DNA of 40,531 bases from a virus: the IMG/VR virus record IMGVR_UViG_3300012921_000006, positions 1 through 40,531 of that record; one strand, given 5' to 3'. The position numbers were made by a program, and so were the translations under genes. Position 1 is the stretch's first letter; every line of letters begins with the position of its first letter. This document shows, in pieces, positions 32,676-40,531 of this stretch. The notes under the pieces are model-generated. The model did not search any database and had not been told where the DNA came from. It was given only the letters and a program-made list of their open reading frames with translations.

Positions 32676-32676
32676 C
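32648..32676 (+). promoter_or_regulatory. early promoter (PL-like): -35 TTGACG (32648..32653), 17-nt spacer, -10 TATATC (32671..32676)
   Basis: Consensus-like hexamers. Drives the plus-strand operon starting at ATG 32703 (SD GGGAGAA at 32691..32697). Confidence 0.6.
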
Positions 32677-32702
32677 TCTCCCCATCAACCGGGAGAACCG
32701 CA

Positions 32703-32984
32703 ATGACGAAACTGCCCCCGATCCTCTACTTCGCGCTTGGCAACTACGGGGCCGCGCTCAACACCACCGCCTGCGACATCGGCGCACTCGATCCGGTCGA
32801 GAACCTGGACGACGCAGCCGACGCGCTGATCGAGGTTGAGACCAGCACGGGCCTCAACGGTCGCGTTCTGGCGATCACCTTCTGCCTCACCAGCAACATG
32901 CCCGAGGCGGTCAGCGACGTGACCGAGGAATGCGTGGCCATCGTCCAGCGCCGCATGCAGGCGCGCGGCATCGCTGCGGAGTGA
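32703..32984 (+). CDS. hypothetical early protein (93 aa)
   Basis: First ORF after the promoter, with an SD present. Confidence 0.65.
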   Translation: MTKLPPILYFALGNYGAALNTTACDIGALDPVENLDDAADALIEVETSTGLNGRVLAITFCLTSNMPEAVSDVTEECVAIVQRRMQARGIAAE

Positions 32985-33328
32985 TGCCGATGACCGCCCC
33001 CGCCGCCATCCATTGCCTCACCCCCGACGCAGCCTTTGCCCTTGCCCGCCGTGTGCTGGAATCCGGCGCATATGACGCCGAGGCCATTGCTGCCGCGCTC
33101 GACGTTCTGGACGCCAGCACCAACCCGACCGACCGCGCCACCGTGCGCTGGTGCCGCGCCTATGTGCAGCCGGTGGCCGATATGGCTCAGGTCGATCAGG
33201 ACGATCTGGTCGCGGCCACGGTCAAGAAGCTGCACTTCACGCTCTACAGCCTTGCGGTGATCGGCGGGATTTTCGGCGGCGTCTTCATGGAGGCGGTGAT
33301 CACCGCTTGGAATGGGGGTGCGATGTGA
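32984..33328 (+). CDS. hypothetical protein with C-terminal TM (114 aa)
   Basis: TGATG overlap with the previous gene. C-terminal LYSLAVIGGIFGGVFMEAVITAW. Confidence 0.6.
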   Translation: MPMTAPAAIHCLTPDAAFALARRVLESGAYDAEAIAAALDVLDASTNPTDRATVRWCRAYVQPVADMAQVDQDDLVAATVKKLHFTLYSLAVIGGIFGGVFMEAVITAWNGGAM

Positions 33329-34287
33329 ACGCGCCCTACCTGATCATCGCCCCCGGCCTGCACAGCATCAGCGCCGATGCATATCACTCCGATCCGGCCC
33401 CGCAGCCCTCGCTGTCCTCCAGCCTCGCGCGGCTGATCCTGAACCGCAGCCCGCTGCATGCCTGGACGGCCCACCCGCGGCTGAACCCGGCATGGGAACC
33501 GACCGAGAAGAAGACCTTCGACATCGGGCGGGCGGCTCACCGGGCGGTGCTGGGCGCGGGCGCGGATTTCGTGGCGATCCCCGGCGAGCTTTTGTCCGAG
33601 GACGGTGGTGTCCGCACCAAGGCTGCGAAGGAGTGGGTGGCCGACGCCCGCGCGTCCGGCCTGACCCCGCTCAAGGCCGAGGAGGTCGACCAGATCGGCG
33701 CGATTGCCGACGCCACGCGGTCGCACCTTGAGGCTTGCGGGATCACCTTCGACCCGGCCCGATCCGAGATGACCGCGCTTGCGCAGATCGAGGGCGTCTG
33801 GTGCCGCGCGATGGTGGACAACGCGCCCGCTGACCGCGCGGTGATCTATGACCTCAAGACCACCACGGATGCCTCGCCCGAGGCGGTGATCAAGGCCGTG
33901 GCGACCTATGGCTACGATCAGCAGCTCGCTTTTTACCGGGCTGTCTGGGAGGCCGCCACGGGCGAGCGCCGCAAGGTCCGGCTGGTGATGGTCGAGAAGG
34001 ACGCGCCCTACGCCTGCTCGGTGGTCGAGCTCTACGACAAGCCCGGCGACGAGGCCGACTGGTTTGACCACGCGATGGGCGCGAACCGCGAGGCGATCCG
34101 CATGTGGGGCGAATGCCTCGCGTCGGGCAACTGGCCCGCCTACCCCACCCGCGTTGCCGTGATCGGCGCGCCCAGCTGGCACACCGGAAAGATGCAGGAC
34201 CGCATTGACCGCGCCGTGTCGAAATCCCCCACCGCCCAGACCATCGCCCGCGCTTCCGCGGGGCAAGCTCCGGAGACTGCACAATGA
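33325..34287 (+). CDS. PD-(D/E)xK exonuclease (exodeoxyribonuclease VIII / DUF3799-like), RecE functional analogue
   Basis: GLHSISADAYHSDPAPQPSLSSSLARLIL ... IYDLKTTTDASP ... YGYDQQLAFY is typical of the PDDEXK_Exo8-like family. GTG start overlaps the upstream stop. Confidence 0.8.
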   Translation: MNAPYLIIAPGLHSISADAYHSDPAPQPSLSSSLARLILNRSPLHAWTAHPRLNPAWEPTEKKTFDIGRAAHRAVLGAGADFVAIPGELLSEDGGVRTKAAKEWVADARASGLTPLKAEEVDQIGAIADATRSHLEACGITFDPARSEMTALAQIEGVWCRAMVDNAPADRAVIYDLKTTTDASPEAVIKAVATYGYDQQLAFYRAVWEAATGERRKVRLVMVEKDAPYACSVVELYDKPGDEADWFDHAMGANREAIRMWGECLASGNWPAYPTRVAVIGAPSWHTGKMQDRIDRAVSKSPTAQTIARASAGQAPETAQ

Positions 34288-35066
34288 ACGCGAACGCCCT
34301 CAGCACCGAAACCCGCGCCAATCCCAAGCCCCCGGTCGAAGCCGGCGGCGCGCTGGCGGCTCTTGTGCCGCAGAACATCGACCAAGCCTTCCGGCTAGCG
34401 CAGGCGCTGTCCAGCGCGGGCGACATGGTGCCGAAGCACTATCAGGGGAAACCCAACGACACGATGGCGGCCATCCTGCGCGGCATGGAGATCGGCCTGA
34501 ACCCGATGCAAGCGCTGTCCTCCATCGCGGTGATCAATGGCCGCGCCTCGCTCTGGGGTGACGCCATGCCCGCTCTGGTGCAGCGCGCTGGCCATCACAT
34601 CGATGTCGAATACGAAGGCCAGGGCGACAACCTGACCGCCGTGGCCACGCTGACGCGGGGCGATACGGGCAAGGTGGTGCGCCGGACCTTTTCCTTGGCC
34701 GATGCCAAGCGGGCTGGCCTGCTGGGTAAGCAAGGCCCGTGGCAGCAATACCCGCAGCGCATGATCGCCCACCGCGCCCGTGCATGGGCCATCCGCGACG
34801 GCGCCGCCGATGCCCTGATGGGCATGCAGGTTGCCGAGGAAACCAGCGACTACGGCCCCGATGCGGCGCGCGACGTGACCCCGCAGGCAGCGCCCCGGCG
34901 CGGCGGCGTGGTCTATGCCGACCCCGATCCGGTGGTGGACGAGATCATCGACGCCCCGGCGCTTGACCGGACCGCCGCGAATGACAGCGAGATCGAGGAC
35001 GCCATCCAGCGCGAGGCCTTCGCCGAGACAGAGCGCGGCTTGTTCGAAGAGACGCGCACCTCCTGA
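34284..35066 (+). CDS. recT: RecT-family single-strand annealing protein
   Basis: AILRGMEIGLNPMQALSSIAVINGRASLWGDAM ... GPWQQYPQRMIAHRARAWAIRDGAADAL are RecT hallmark blocks. ATGA overlap with the exonuclease. Confidence 0.9.
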   Translation: MNANALSTETRANPKPPVEAGGALAALVPQNIDQAFRLAQALSSAGDMVPKHYQGKPNDTMAAILRGMEIGLNPMQALSSIAVINGRASLWGDAMPALVQRAGHHIDVEYEGQGDNLTAVATLTRGDTGKVVRRTFSLADAKRAGLLGKQGPWQQYPQRMIAHRARAWAIRDGAADALMGMQVAEETSDYGPDAARDVTPQAAPRRGGVVYADPDPVVDEIIDAPALDRTAANDSEIEDAIQREAFAETERGLFEETRTS

Positions 35067-35129
35067 CCCCATCCCGAGCGCGGGCGGGTCAGCCCCGCGC
35101 ATTTGCTCCCATCCCGAAAGGACACTGCC

Positions 35130-35411
35130 ATGAAGACCATGATGACTCTGGCCGCGCTTTTGCTCGGCACCACCGCCGCCCTCGCTGGCCCGTTCGGCCT
35201 GCCCGACCACCAGCAGGACGGCTACCGCGACACCGGCTGCGAAGAGACCGCCTTTGTCGACTTCACCAACGATGATGGCGAACAGCTCTACCGCAACAAC
35301 GCGACCTGCCCCGGCGTGGGCGGTGGCTCCAATGCCGACGCGCTGGCGGGCATGCGTTCGCTCTACCCGACGCCCGAGGTCGAGGACGAGGAAGAAGTCG
35401 CCACGAAGTGA
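35130..35411 (+). CDS. small secreted protein (signal peptide, acidic C-terminus)
   Basis: MKTMMTLAALLLGTTAALA-GP signal. AAGGA SD lies 8 nt upstream. Confidence 0.6.
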   Translation: MKTMMTLAALLLGTTAALAGPFGLPDHQQDGYRDTGCEETAFVDFTNDDGEQLYRNNATCPGVGGGSNADALAGMRSLYPTPEVEDEEEVATK

Positions 35412-35475
35412 CGTGGCGCTTCGGTGTCCAGCCCCGCGCGGGCTGGCATCCCAAGCGCCAAAGAGAGGAATGGAC

Positions 35476-35670
35476 ATGAAGATCACCGTCACCGTCACCG
35501 ATGCACCCGAGGACTTCGATCCGCACAACATGCTGCGGAACCTTTCGCGTGACCTGATGTATGGCCTCAAGCGCCTTTCGACCGTCGCCATCACGCACAG
35601 CGAAATGGTCATCGTGGGCGATCCTCCGACGAAAGAGGACCGCGAAATCGAAAGCCTCAACCCCTTCTGA
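35476..35670 (+). CDS. small hypothetical protein (64 aa)
   Basis: GAGAGGA SD lies 7 nt before ATG 35476; an in-frame ATG at 35470 is too close to the SD. Confidence 0.5.
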   Translation: MKITVTVTDAPEDFDPHNMLRNLSRDLMYGLKRLSTVAITHSEMVIVGDPPTKEDREIESLNPF

Positions 35671-35767
35671 CCCCATCCCGGCCGGGCGGGTAATCCCGGT
35701 TCCCTGTTGGACTTGCCCGCCGTGGCCTTTGTCATGGCGGGCATCTTTCCTCAAAAGGATTGGACTC

Positions 35768-36025
35768 GTGGCAACGCTCTCCGAACTCAACGCCCATTTG
35801 TTTGCCCAGCTTGACCGCCTCGATGTGGAGAACCTGACTCCGGAACAGATCGAGGCCGAGGCAAAGCGCGCCGAGGCGATTGTCCAGGTCGCGGATCGCA
35901 TCACCGAGAACGCCAAGGTGCAGCTCACGGCCGCTCGCCTCTTCGCAGAGCATGGGCAGGGGGTGGTCAGCTATCTGCCGCAGATTGGGAAGGTCGCGCC
36001 GGCCAAAGACGAGGCGCAGAAATGA
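35768..36025 (+). CDS. hypothetical protein (85 aa, GTG start)
   Basis: AAGGA SD lies 8 nt upstream. Coiled sequence. ATGA overlap with the next gene. Confidence 0.55.
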   Translation: MATLSELNAHLFAQLDRLDVENLTPEQIEAEAKRAEAIVQVADRITENAKVQLTAARLFAEHGQGVVSYLPQIGKVAPAKDEAQK

Positions 36026-36858
36026 GGGTGCGGCGCATCGCATACATGCCGGAAGAGCTGGCGTGGATCGAGGCGCGCAAGACGTGGCCCCGGTCACAGC
36101 TGCATAGCGCCTTCTGCTTCATGTTTGACCGGACTGACGTGACCGAGGATCACATCAGGGGCCTTTGCAAGCGCAAGGGTTGGTCAGCTGGGCCGGAGGG
36201 GCGCGGGCGGAACAAGGGCAAGTCGCGGGTGTTTAACCGGGAGGAGATTGCATGGCTTCACGCCAATGCCACTTTGCCAATCAAGGACACAGGGGCCGCA
36301 TTCCGTGCCGCTTTCCCGGGTCGAGACATCACCGATGCGCAGCTCACGTCGTTCCGCAAGAACCACAAGCTGCGCACCGGCCGCACGGGTCGGTTCGAGA
36401 AGGGGCAACCGTCGCACAACGCGGGCAAGAAAGGCTTCTACGCTCCCGGCTGCGAAAAGGGCTGGTTCAAGAAGGGCGGCGAACCGCACAACACCAAGCA
36501 CCTCGGCTACGAGAGGGTCAACAAGGACGGTTACGTCGAAATCAGCGTTGACGAGCCGAACCCGCACACGGGCTACGAGCGGCGCTTTGTCCACAAGCAC
36601 CGCTGGCTTTGGGAGAAGGCCAACGGTCCTGTGCCGGAAGGCTATGCGCTCAAGTGCCTCGATGGCGACCGGACCAACTGCGACCCGTCGAACTGGGAAG
36701 CGGTCAAGCGTGGCGTTCTGTCGAGGCTGAACGGCGGCCGTCACAAGAAGCGCATGGCTTATGACGCCGCGCCCGACGAACTGAAGCCCACCGTCATGGC
36801 CATCGCCAAGGTGCAGCAGGCCGTGCATGAGCTGCGGAAGCGGGGAGACCAGACATGA
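36022..36858 (+). CDS. HNH_3-like (homing-endonuclease-type) protein with a duplicated N-terminal helical unit; catalytic His apparently substituted
   Basis: GYVEISVD ... HKHRWLWEKANGPVPEGYALKCLDGDRTNCDPSNWEAV follows the HNH_3 template (HR..we...G..p.g..v.H.DGd..N....NL), but with KC in place of the usual H. There are two EE(L/I)AW(I/L) units N-terminally. Confidence 0.65.
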   Translation: MRVRRIAYMPEELAWIEARKTWPRSQLHSAFCFMFDRTDVTEDHIRGLCKRKGWSAGPEGRGRNKGKSRVFNREEIAWLHANATLPIKDTGAAFRAAFPGRDITDAQLTSFRKNHKLRTGRTGRFEKGQPSHNAGKKGFYAPGCEKGWFKKGGEPHNTKHLGYERVNKDGYVEISVDEPNPHTGYERRFVHKHRWLWEKANGPVPEGYALKCLDGDRTNCDPSNWEAVKRGVLSRLNGGRHKKRMAYDAAPDELKPTVMAIAKVQQAVHELRKRGDQT

Positions 36859-37493
36859 CGCAGAACCGCTCCACCGCCGTCATGCAGCGCCGCGTCGAAC
36901 CGCACGACAGTCTCGACGATTTCACGACGCCGCCGTGGGCCACCCGGGCGCTGCTGCATCGGCTATTCGGTCGTGCACCAACCTTGCATATGTCAGCCCG
37001 CGAACCCGCCGCAAACCGTGGCCACATGGTGCGCCCAATGCAGGAATGGTTCGGCACCGTCGAGGCCTCCGACATCTTCGACTACGGCGCCGGATTCCCA
37101 CAGGCGGACTATCTCTTCGGGCCAGATCGCGAAACGGTGGACTGGACCATCACGAATCCCCCATTCCGGTTGGCCGAGCAGTTCATCGAGCGGATGCACC
37201 GGACCAGCCGCCAAGGCTGCGCTGTGATCGTCCGAAGCGCGTTCCTTGAAGGAGTCGGCCGGTTCGAGCGTCTTTTTCAGATCATGCCGCCGTCGCAGAT
37301 CCTGCAGTTCTCCGAACGTGTGGTTATGCACAAAGGCAAGCTGTCCCCCAACGGCAGCACGGCCACGGCCTATTGCTGGATTGTCTGGGAGAAGCGCCGC
37401 CCGGAACTTGCCGGATCGACGATGTTCGACTGGATCGGACCGTGCCGGAAGATGCTGGAACGGCCCGAGGACTATGAGGAGCATCACGCATGA
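36855..37493 (+). CDS. putative SAM-dependent DNA methyltransferase (NPPF motif), orphan
   Basis: DFTTPPWATRALL, EPAANRG (motif I-like) and TITNPPF (motif IV). No cognate nuclease gene is visible. Confidence 0.6.
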   Translation: MTQNRSTAVMQRRVEPHDSLDDFTTPPWATRALLHRLFGRAPTLHMSAREPAANRGHMVRPMQEWFGTVEASDIFDYGAGFPQADYLFGPDRETVDWTITNPPFRLAEQFIERMHRTSRQGCAVIVRSAFLEGVGRFERLFQIMPPSQILQFSERVVMHKGKLSPNGSTATAYCWIVWEKRRPELAGSTMFDWIGPCRKMLERPEDYEEHHA

Positions 37494-37750
37494 CCATCCG
37501 CTTCATTCCACCGAAGTACCAAGGCGGACGCATCCTGCTGATGTGCGGCGATGTCGACGCCGGGGCGGTATTCCCGCCGGTCGGCAACAACCCCGGCAAG
37601 AACCCTTGGGTGTGGCGCTTCTGGCTGGGCGGGATCGATGCCCGCAACGACCGCGAGGGGCGCGCCAGCACTGAGGAGAAGGCCAAGGCAGCGCTGATGG
37701 AGGCGCTGGCTCAGTGGCTGGCCAAGGCAGGACTGGAGCCGGTCGCATGA
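37490..37750 (+). CDS. hypothetical protein (86 aa)
   Basis: ATGA overlaps on both sides; high GC3. Confidence 0.6.
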   Translation: MTIRFIPPKYQGGRILLMCGDVDAGAVFPPVGNNPGKNPWVWRFWLGGIDARNDREGRASTEEKAKAALMEALAQWLAKAGLEPVA

Positions 37751-37881
37751 CCATCCTCGCCCTCGCCCGCAAGCATGCAGCCGCCCGCACCGAGATCCGC
37801 TTCCGTGCGGGCTGGTGGCTCCTGCCTGCGGTGATCGGAGGGGCTGCGGGTTGGGTGGCGCTGATCTGGGCGGTGATGTGA
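37747..37881 (+). CDS. very small membrane protein (44 aa; below the ORF-track cutoff)
   Basis: Hand-translated as MTILALARKHAAARTEIRFRAGWWLLPAVIGGAAGWVALIWAVM. It exactly bridges two genes with overlapping start and stop codons. Confidence 0.4.
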   Translation: MTILALARKHAAARTEIRFRAGWWLLPAVIGGAAGWVALIWAVM

Positions 37882-38120
37882 TGCCGGACCACACCCTGCA
37901 CGGCAACAACGAGCGGTGTCCGGCCTGCGAGCTGCGGCAGGAGGCGGTGGATCGATCGATGATCCTGCGCCCAAAGATAGAATGCCAGGTCTGCGACGGC
38001 ACCGGGCTTCTGCCCCTTCCCACCGCCGAGATCGTCCGGCGCACATGCGACGAAGCCCGCCGGACCTACTGGTCCCAGTTCGAGGCGCGGATCGCCGCGC
38101 AGATTGGAGAGAGAGGATGA
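37881..38120 (+). CDS. small zinc-finger protein (79 aa)
   Basis: CPACELRQ ... CQVCDGTG is a CxxC ... CxxCxGxG arrangement. Confidence 0.6.
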   Translation: MPDHTLHGNNERCPACELRQEAVDRSMILRPKIECQVCDGTGLLPLPTAEIVRRTCDEARRTYWSQFEARIAAQIGERG

Positions 38121-38356
38121 AGCTGATCGACACATCCATCGTCACCCACGAGATCGAGGTGGGCGAGGACGAGCTGCGCGCCCGGCTTCTGTCGGAGGTG
38201 TGCGAGGCGCTGGGATGCTTCGGCCCGGACGGAAAGCTTCGACCGGGCATCACGACGCAAGTTCTTCGCGGCGAGAACCGGAAGGGCGGATACCGGGTGC
38301 GGATTCGGCGCGACATGTCGAAGGACAACACGCCGAGGATCGAGGGGCCGAAATGA
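38117..38356 (+). CDS. hypothetical protein (79 aa)
   Basis: ATGA overlaps on both sides. Confidence 0.55.
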   Translation: MKLIDTSIVTHEIEVGEDELRARLLSEVCEALGCFGPDGKLRPGITTQVLRGENRKGGYRVRIRRDMSKDNTPRIEGPK

Positions 38357-38901
38357 CCCATATCGACAAGGCCGCAGTGCTGGCAATCCTCGCCCCCGCG
38401 CCGAACTCAAAGGGCGGGCTGTGGGCAAAGCGGAAGCAGGCGCTTTATGACGCCATCATTTCCCTGCCCGCAGTCAGCCCGCAGGTGAAGGCGCTGGTGT
38501 GGAAGGAATATGCCGATGAACGGGCGGTAAGAGCTGTTGGGTTTAACGCAGACTACACCATCAGGATTTCCATGCTGGGACAAGTAGCGTGGCAGTCTCG
38601 GCATATGGCACCGTGGCACCCGGCAGATACTGTTGAAGCCGCCAAAGCCGCAGCGCAGGCCGATTACGAGGCCCGCATCCTCGCCGCCCTCGCCCCCGCG
38701 CCGTCCGATGACGCGGTGAAGGCGCGGGAGGCGGCGCTGAAAGAGGCGGCGGCGGTATGCGCTGAAATGGCCGAGCAGGTGTCCGACGCCGCGCTGACCG
38801 GGCTTCCCGAGCAAGCGCGCGCCCGTGAGGCTATGGAAGCCGCCCTCACACAAGCGCGGTATCGCATCCTCGCCCTTCTCACCAAGGAGGCGCAGCGATG
38901 A
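38353..38901 (+). CDS. hypothetical protein (182 aa) carrying the VKALxW ... AAqaDYeaRI domain
   Basis: ATGA-coupled. Internal LAPAP repeat (ILAPAPNS / ALAPAPSD). The middle part resembles 3997..4266. Confidence 0.65.
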   Translation: MTHIDKAAVLAILAPAPNSKGGLWAKRKQALYDAIISLPAVSPQVKALVWKEYADERAVRAVGFNADYTIRISMLGQVAWQSRHMAPWHPADTVEAAKAAAQADYEARILAALAPAPSDDAVKAREAALKEAAAVCAEMAEQVSDAALTGLPEQARAREAMEAALTQARYRILALLTKEAQR

Positions 38902-39233
38902 CACTGGCGAAGCTGATTGAGGCGGTGGAGGCGGGGACGTTCCTGATGAATGTCCTGCCAGAACACGAGGCTACGGCATACCAAGCCTTTTCCGGCTCCC
39001 TCGACGCCGCCAAGCGCCTGCATGACGCACTGTTGCCGGGGAGTGTGACGGTTTGCATCACTCAGCGGTACGGCGGCGGGTTCCATGCTCGGCTGTTCGA
39101 TTGGGTTGAGCGCGTCCGTGAGGACGGGAGCAGATGGTGGATGGAGGCAAGCGCATGGAGTGACAACCCCGCCCGCGCTTGGTTGCTGGCCATCCTCCGC
39201 GCGCTGGAACAGGAGGGGCCAAAGGATGGGTAA
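38898..39233 (+). CDS. hypothetical protein (111 aa)
   Basis: ATGA-coupled ORF with high GC3. Confidence 0.65.
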   Translation: MTLAKLIEAVEAGTFLMNVLPEHEATAYQAFSGSLDAAKRLHDALLPGSVTVCITQRYGGGFHARLFDWVERVREDGSRWWMEASAWSDNPARAWLLAILRALEQEGPKDG

Positions 39234-39420
39234 GCGCACGGCCTCCCTCACCGATCTTCGCCGCGCCGCTCGTCTCGCGGCCGAGACAGGCCTTCCCGTG
39301 ACGGTCGAAGGCCCGGACGGAACGGTTTACAGAATCGGAGCCGGTGCAGCACCGTCGCCAATGGGCGCGACGGAAAAGGAAACGGATGAATGCGACAAGG
39401 CGTTCGGGTTATCAGAATGA
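39226..39420 (+). CDS. small protein upstream of the integrase (64 aa); excisionase role is only positional
   Basis: Its stop overlaps the integrase ATG (ATGA at 39417..39420). No recognisable Xis motif. Confidence 0.45.
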   Translation: MGKRTASLTDLRRAARLAAETGLPVTVEGPDGTVYRIGAGAAPSPMGATEKETDECDKAFGLSE

Positions 39421-40481
39421 AAGGCCTTTGGGTCCAGCCACGCGATGGCCGCGCCTTCTACCGCACACGAAAGGGCGGCAAGTTAAAGCTGGTGCCACTT
39501 CCCGACCTGCCCCACGATCACCCGGATTTCATCGCCGCATGGGCCGAGGCAGCTCGCGAAGGCGCGCCGCGCGATAAGCCTAAGGATGGAACCATTGCCA
39601 GCACATGGAACGCCATGCAAGCCTCGGACCTGTTCCACAGCTGGACGCCTATCTATCGGGACAAGATCGTCCGCCAGTTCAAGGCCATCACCGCAAAGGC
39701 CGGTCACGTCGCCGCCCGGGTGGTGAAGGATGCCCACATCACCAAGGACGTGGCAGACGCGGCATCGCCAGGCGACAGGCTGCGCGCATGGCGTGCATGG
39801 GGCGCATGGTGCAAGGAGCGCGGCCTGATAGCCGAAGATCCAGCTCGGACAGTTCGAATGCCGCGCCGGGCAAAGGCCAAAGGCGAGATTGGTCATCGCC
39901 GCTGGACCGCAGAGGAGATCGCGCGCTTCCGGGCTCGCTGGCCCATAGGCACCGTCCCGCGCGGCATGTTCGAGGTGCTTCACTATACCGGATGCCGGAT
40001 CAGCGATGCGGTCAGGATCGGACCGCAGAACGTGGACAGCGACGGCGTCCTGGTCATTCGGCAAGGCAAGACGGCCGAGCGTGCCTACGTGCCATGGGAC
40101 TGTTCTTTGCCGTCCTTTGTCGATCCTACAGATCTCGCTGGGGTGAAAGCCGCCATCGCACCCTTCGCCGGACAGATGCTGTTCCTGCCGGCGCGCGACG
40201 GCCGCACTCGATCGGTGAAGGCTGCGACGCAGATGATGCTGAAGGCATGCACAGAGGCTGAGGTCGCAGCCACATCGCATGGCCTTCGCAAACACCGCGC
40301 CGCGTCGATCATCGAAAATGGAGGATCATCGTCCCAATCTGCAGCCTGGACGGGCCACATCAGCCGCAAGATCGCCGAGCATTACCAGCGGGAATTCGAC
40401 CGCAAGGCATCGGTAATGGGAACAGATGCGGGGTGCGAATTGGATGCGGTTCGAATTGATTTGGATGCAGGCAGTGCCTAA
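39417..40481 (+). CDS. int: tyrosine recombinase / phage integrase
   Basis: Catalytic-type blocks HYTGCRISDA (Arg), SHGLRKH (His-x-x-Arg), WTGH and AEHY (Tyr). The last 24 codons lie inside the 123-bp terminal repeat. Confidence 0.9.
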   Translation: MKGLWVQPRDGRAFYRTRKGGKLKLVPLPDLPHDHPDFIAAWAEAAREGAPRDKPKDGTIASTWNAMQASDLFHSWTPIYRDKIVRQFKAITAKAGHVAARVVKDAHITKDVADAASPGDRLRAWRAWGAWCKERGLIAEDPARTVRMPRRAKAKGEIGHRRWTAEEIARFRARWPIGTVPRGMFEVLHYTGCRISDAVRIGPQNVDSDGVLVIRQGKTAERAYVPWDCSLPSFVDPTDLAGVKAAIAPFAGQMLFLPARDGRTRSVKAATQMMLKACTEAEVAATSHGLRKHRAASIIENGGSSSQSAAWTGHISRKIAEHYQREFDRKASVMGTDAGCELDAVRIDLDAGSA

Positions 40482-40531
40482 CGCCATGAAATCGATACAG
40501 TTTTTTTGATCAGTGGTGCCCAAGGTCGGAC
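40409..40531. repeat. Terminal direct repeat, right copy (identical to 1..123)
   Basis: See the left copy. Identity runs to the last base of the window, so its true extent cannot be seen. Confidence 0.9.
40514..40531 (-). other. tRNA 3'-end-like segment; a complete tRNA gene could continue beyond the window
   Basis: Same 18-mer as 106..123 (GTCCGACCTTGGGCACCA on the minus strand). The window ends inside what would be the T-arm. Confidence 0.3.

Noticed and set aside
34395-35744. 449-aa minus-strand ORF spanning recT and downstream genes; also 33244..34284 antisense to the exonuclease
   Set aside because: The plus-strand genes carry clear RecT and PDDEXK motifs and ATGA coupling. The antisense products are Gly/Arg/Ala-rich with no motif.

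Overview
High-GC temperate siphovirus genome or prophage. The gene families (GapR/DUF2312, GH108 endolysin, GTA-like head-tail genes) suggest an alphaproteobacterial host, but the sequence alone cannot prove it. The window looks like one complete unit of 40,408 bp, bounded by an identical 123-bp direct repeat (1..123 = 40409..40531).

Layout:
(i) Accessory arm 124..4560: a solitary BioY biotin transporter, small exported and membrane proteins, and an AT-richer two-gene membrane cassette with its own terminator.
(ii) Minus-strand late operon 23900->4569: HNH, TerS, TerL, HK97-type portal, ClpP-like protease and major capsid; then connector, adaptor, gp10-like, tail terminator, major tail, G/GT chaperone, tape measure and two distal-tail proteins. 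A holin candidate / GH108 endolysin / overlapped spanin cassette follows. After it comes a second fibre module with a 694-aa glycine-rich, tandem-repeat fibre.
(iii) Minus-strand early operon 30211->23992: Cro-like, 4xHTH protein, GapR-like, RusA, DUF1376, and a Zn-ribbon/TOPRIM/DnaB-like primase-helicase.
(iv) Immunity region: a CI-like repressor followed on the same strand by a lipoprotein / Zn-ribbon-YbjQ-fold / membrane-protein cassette, with a convergent DUF2513-like membrane protein. It is bracketed by two outward-facing promoters that share five ATATAC-N7-GTATAT operator-like palindromes.
(v) Plus-strand early operon 32703->40481: PDDEXK exonuclease + RecT, HNH-like protein, NPPF methyltransferase, small proteins, tyrosine integrase.

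Most noteworthy:
- The repressor-linked cassette, which sits in the rexAB-equivalent position.
- The operator architecture.
- The prophage-borne BioY.
- Apparent single-nucleotide frame disruptions in TerL and in the primase-helicase.
- The repeat-built tail fibre.

All functional calls rest on motif recognition by eye. No database search was run.
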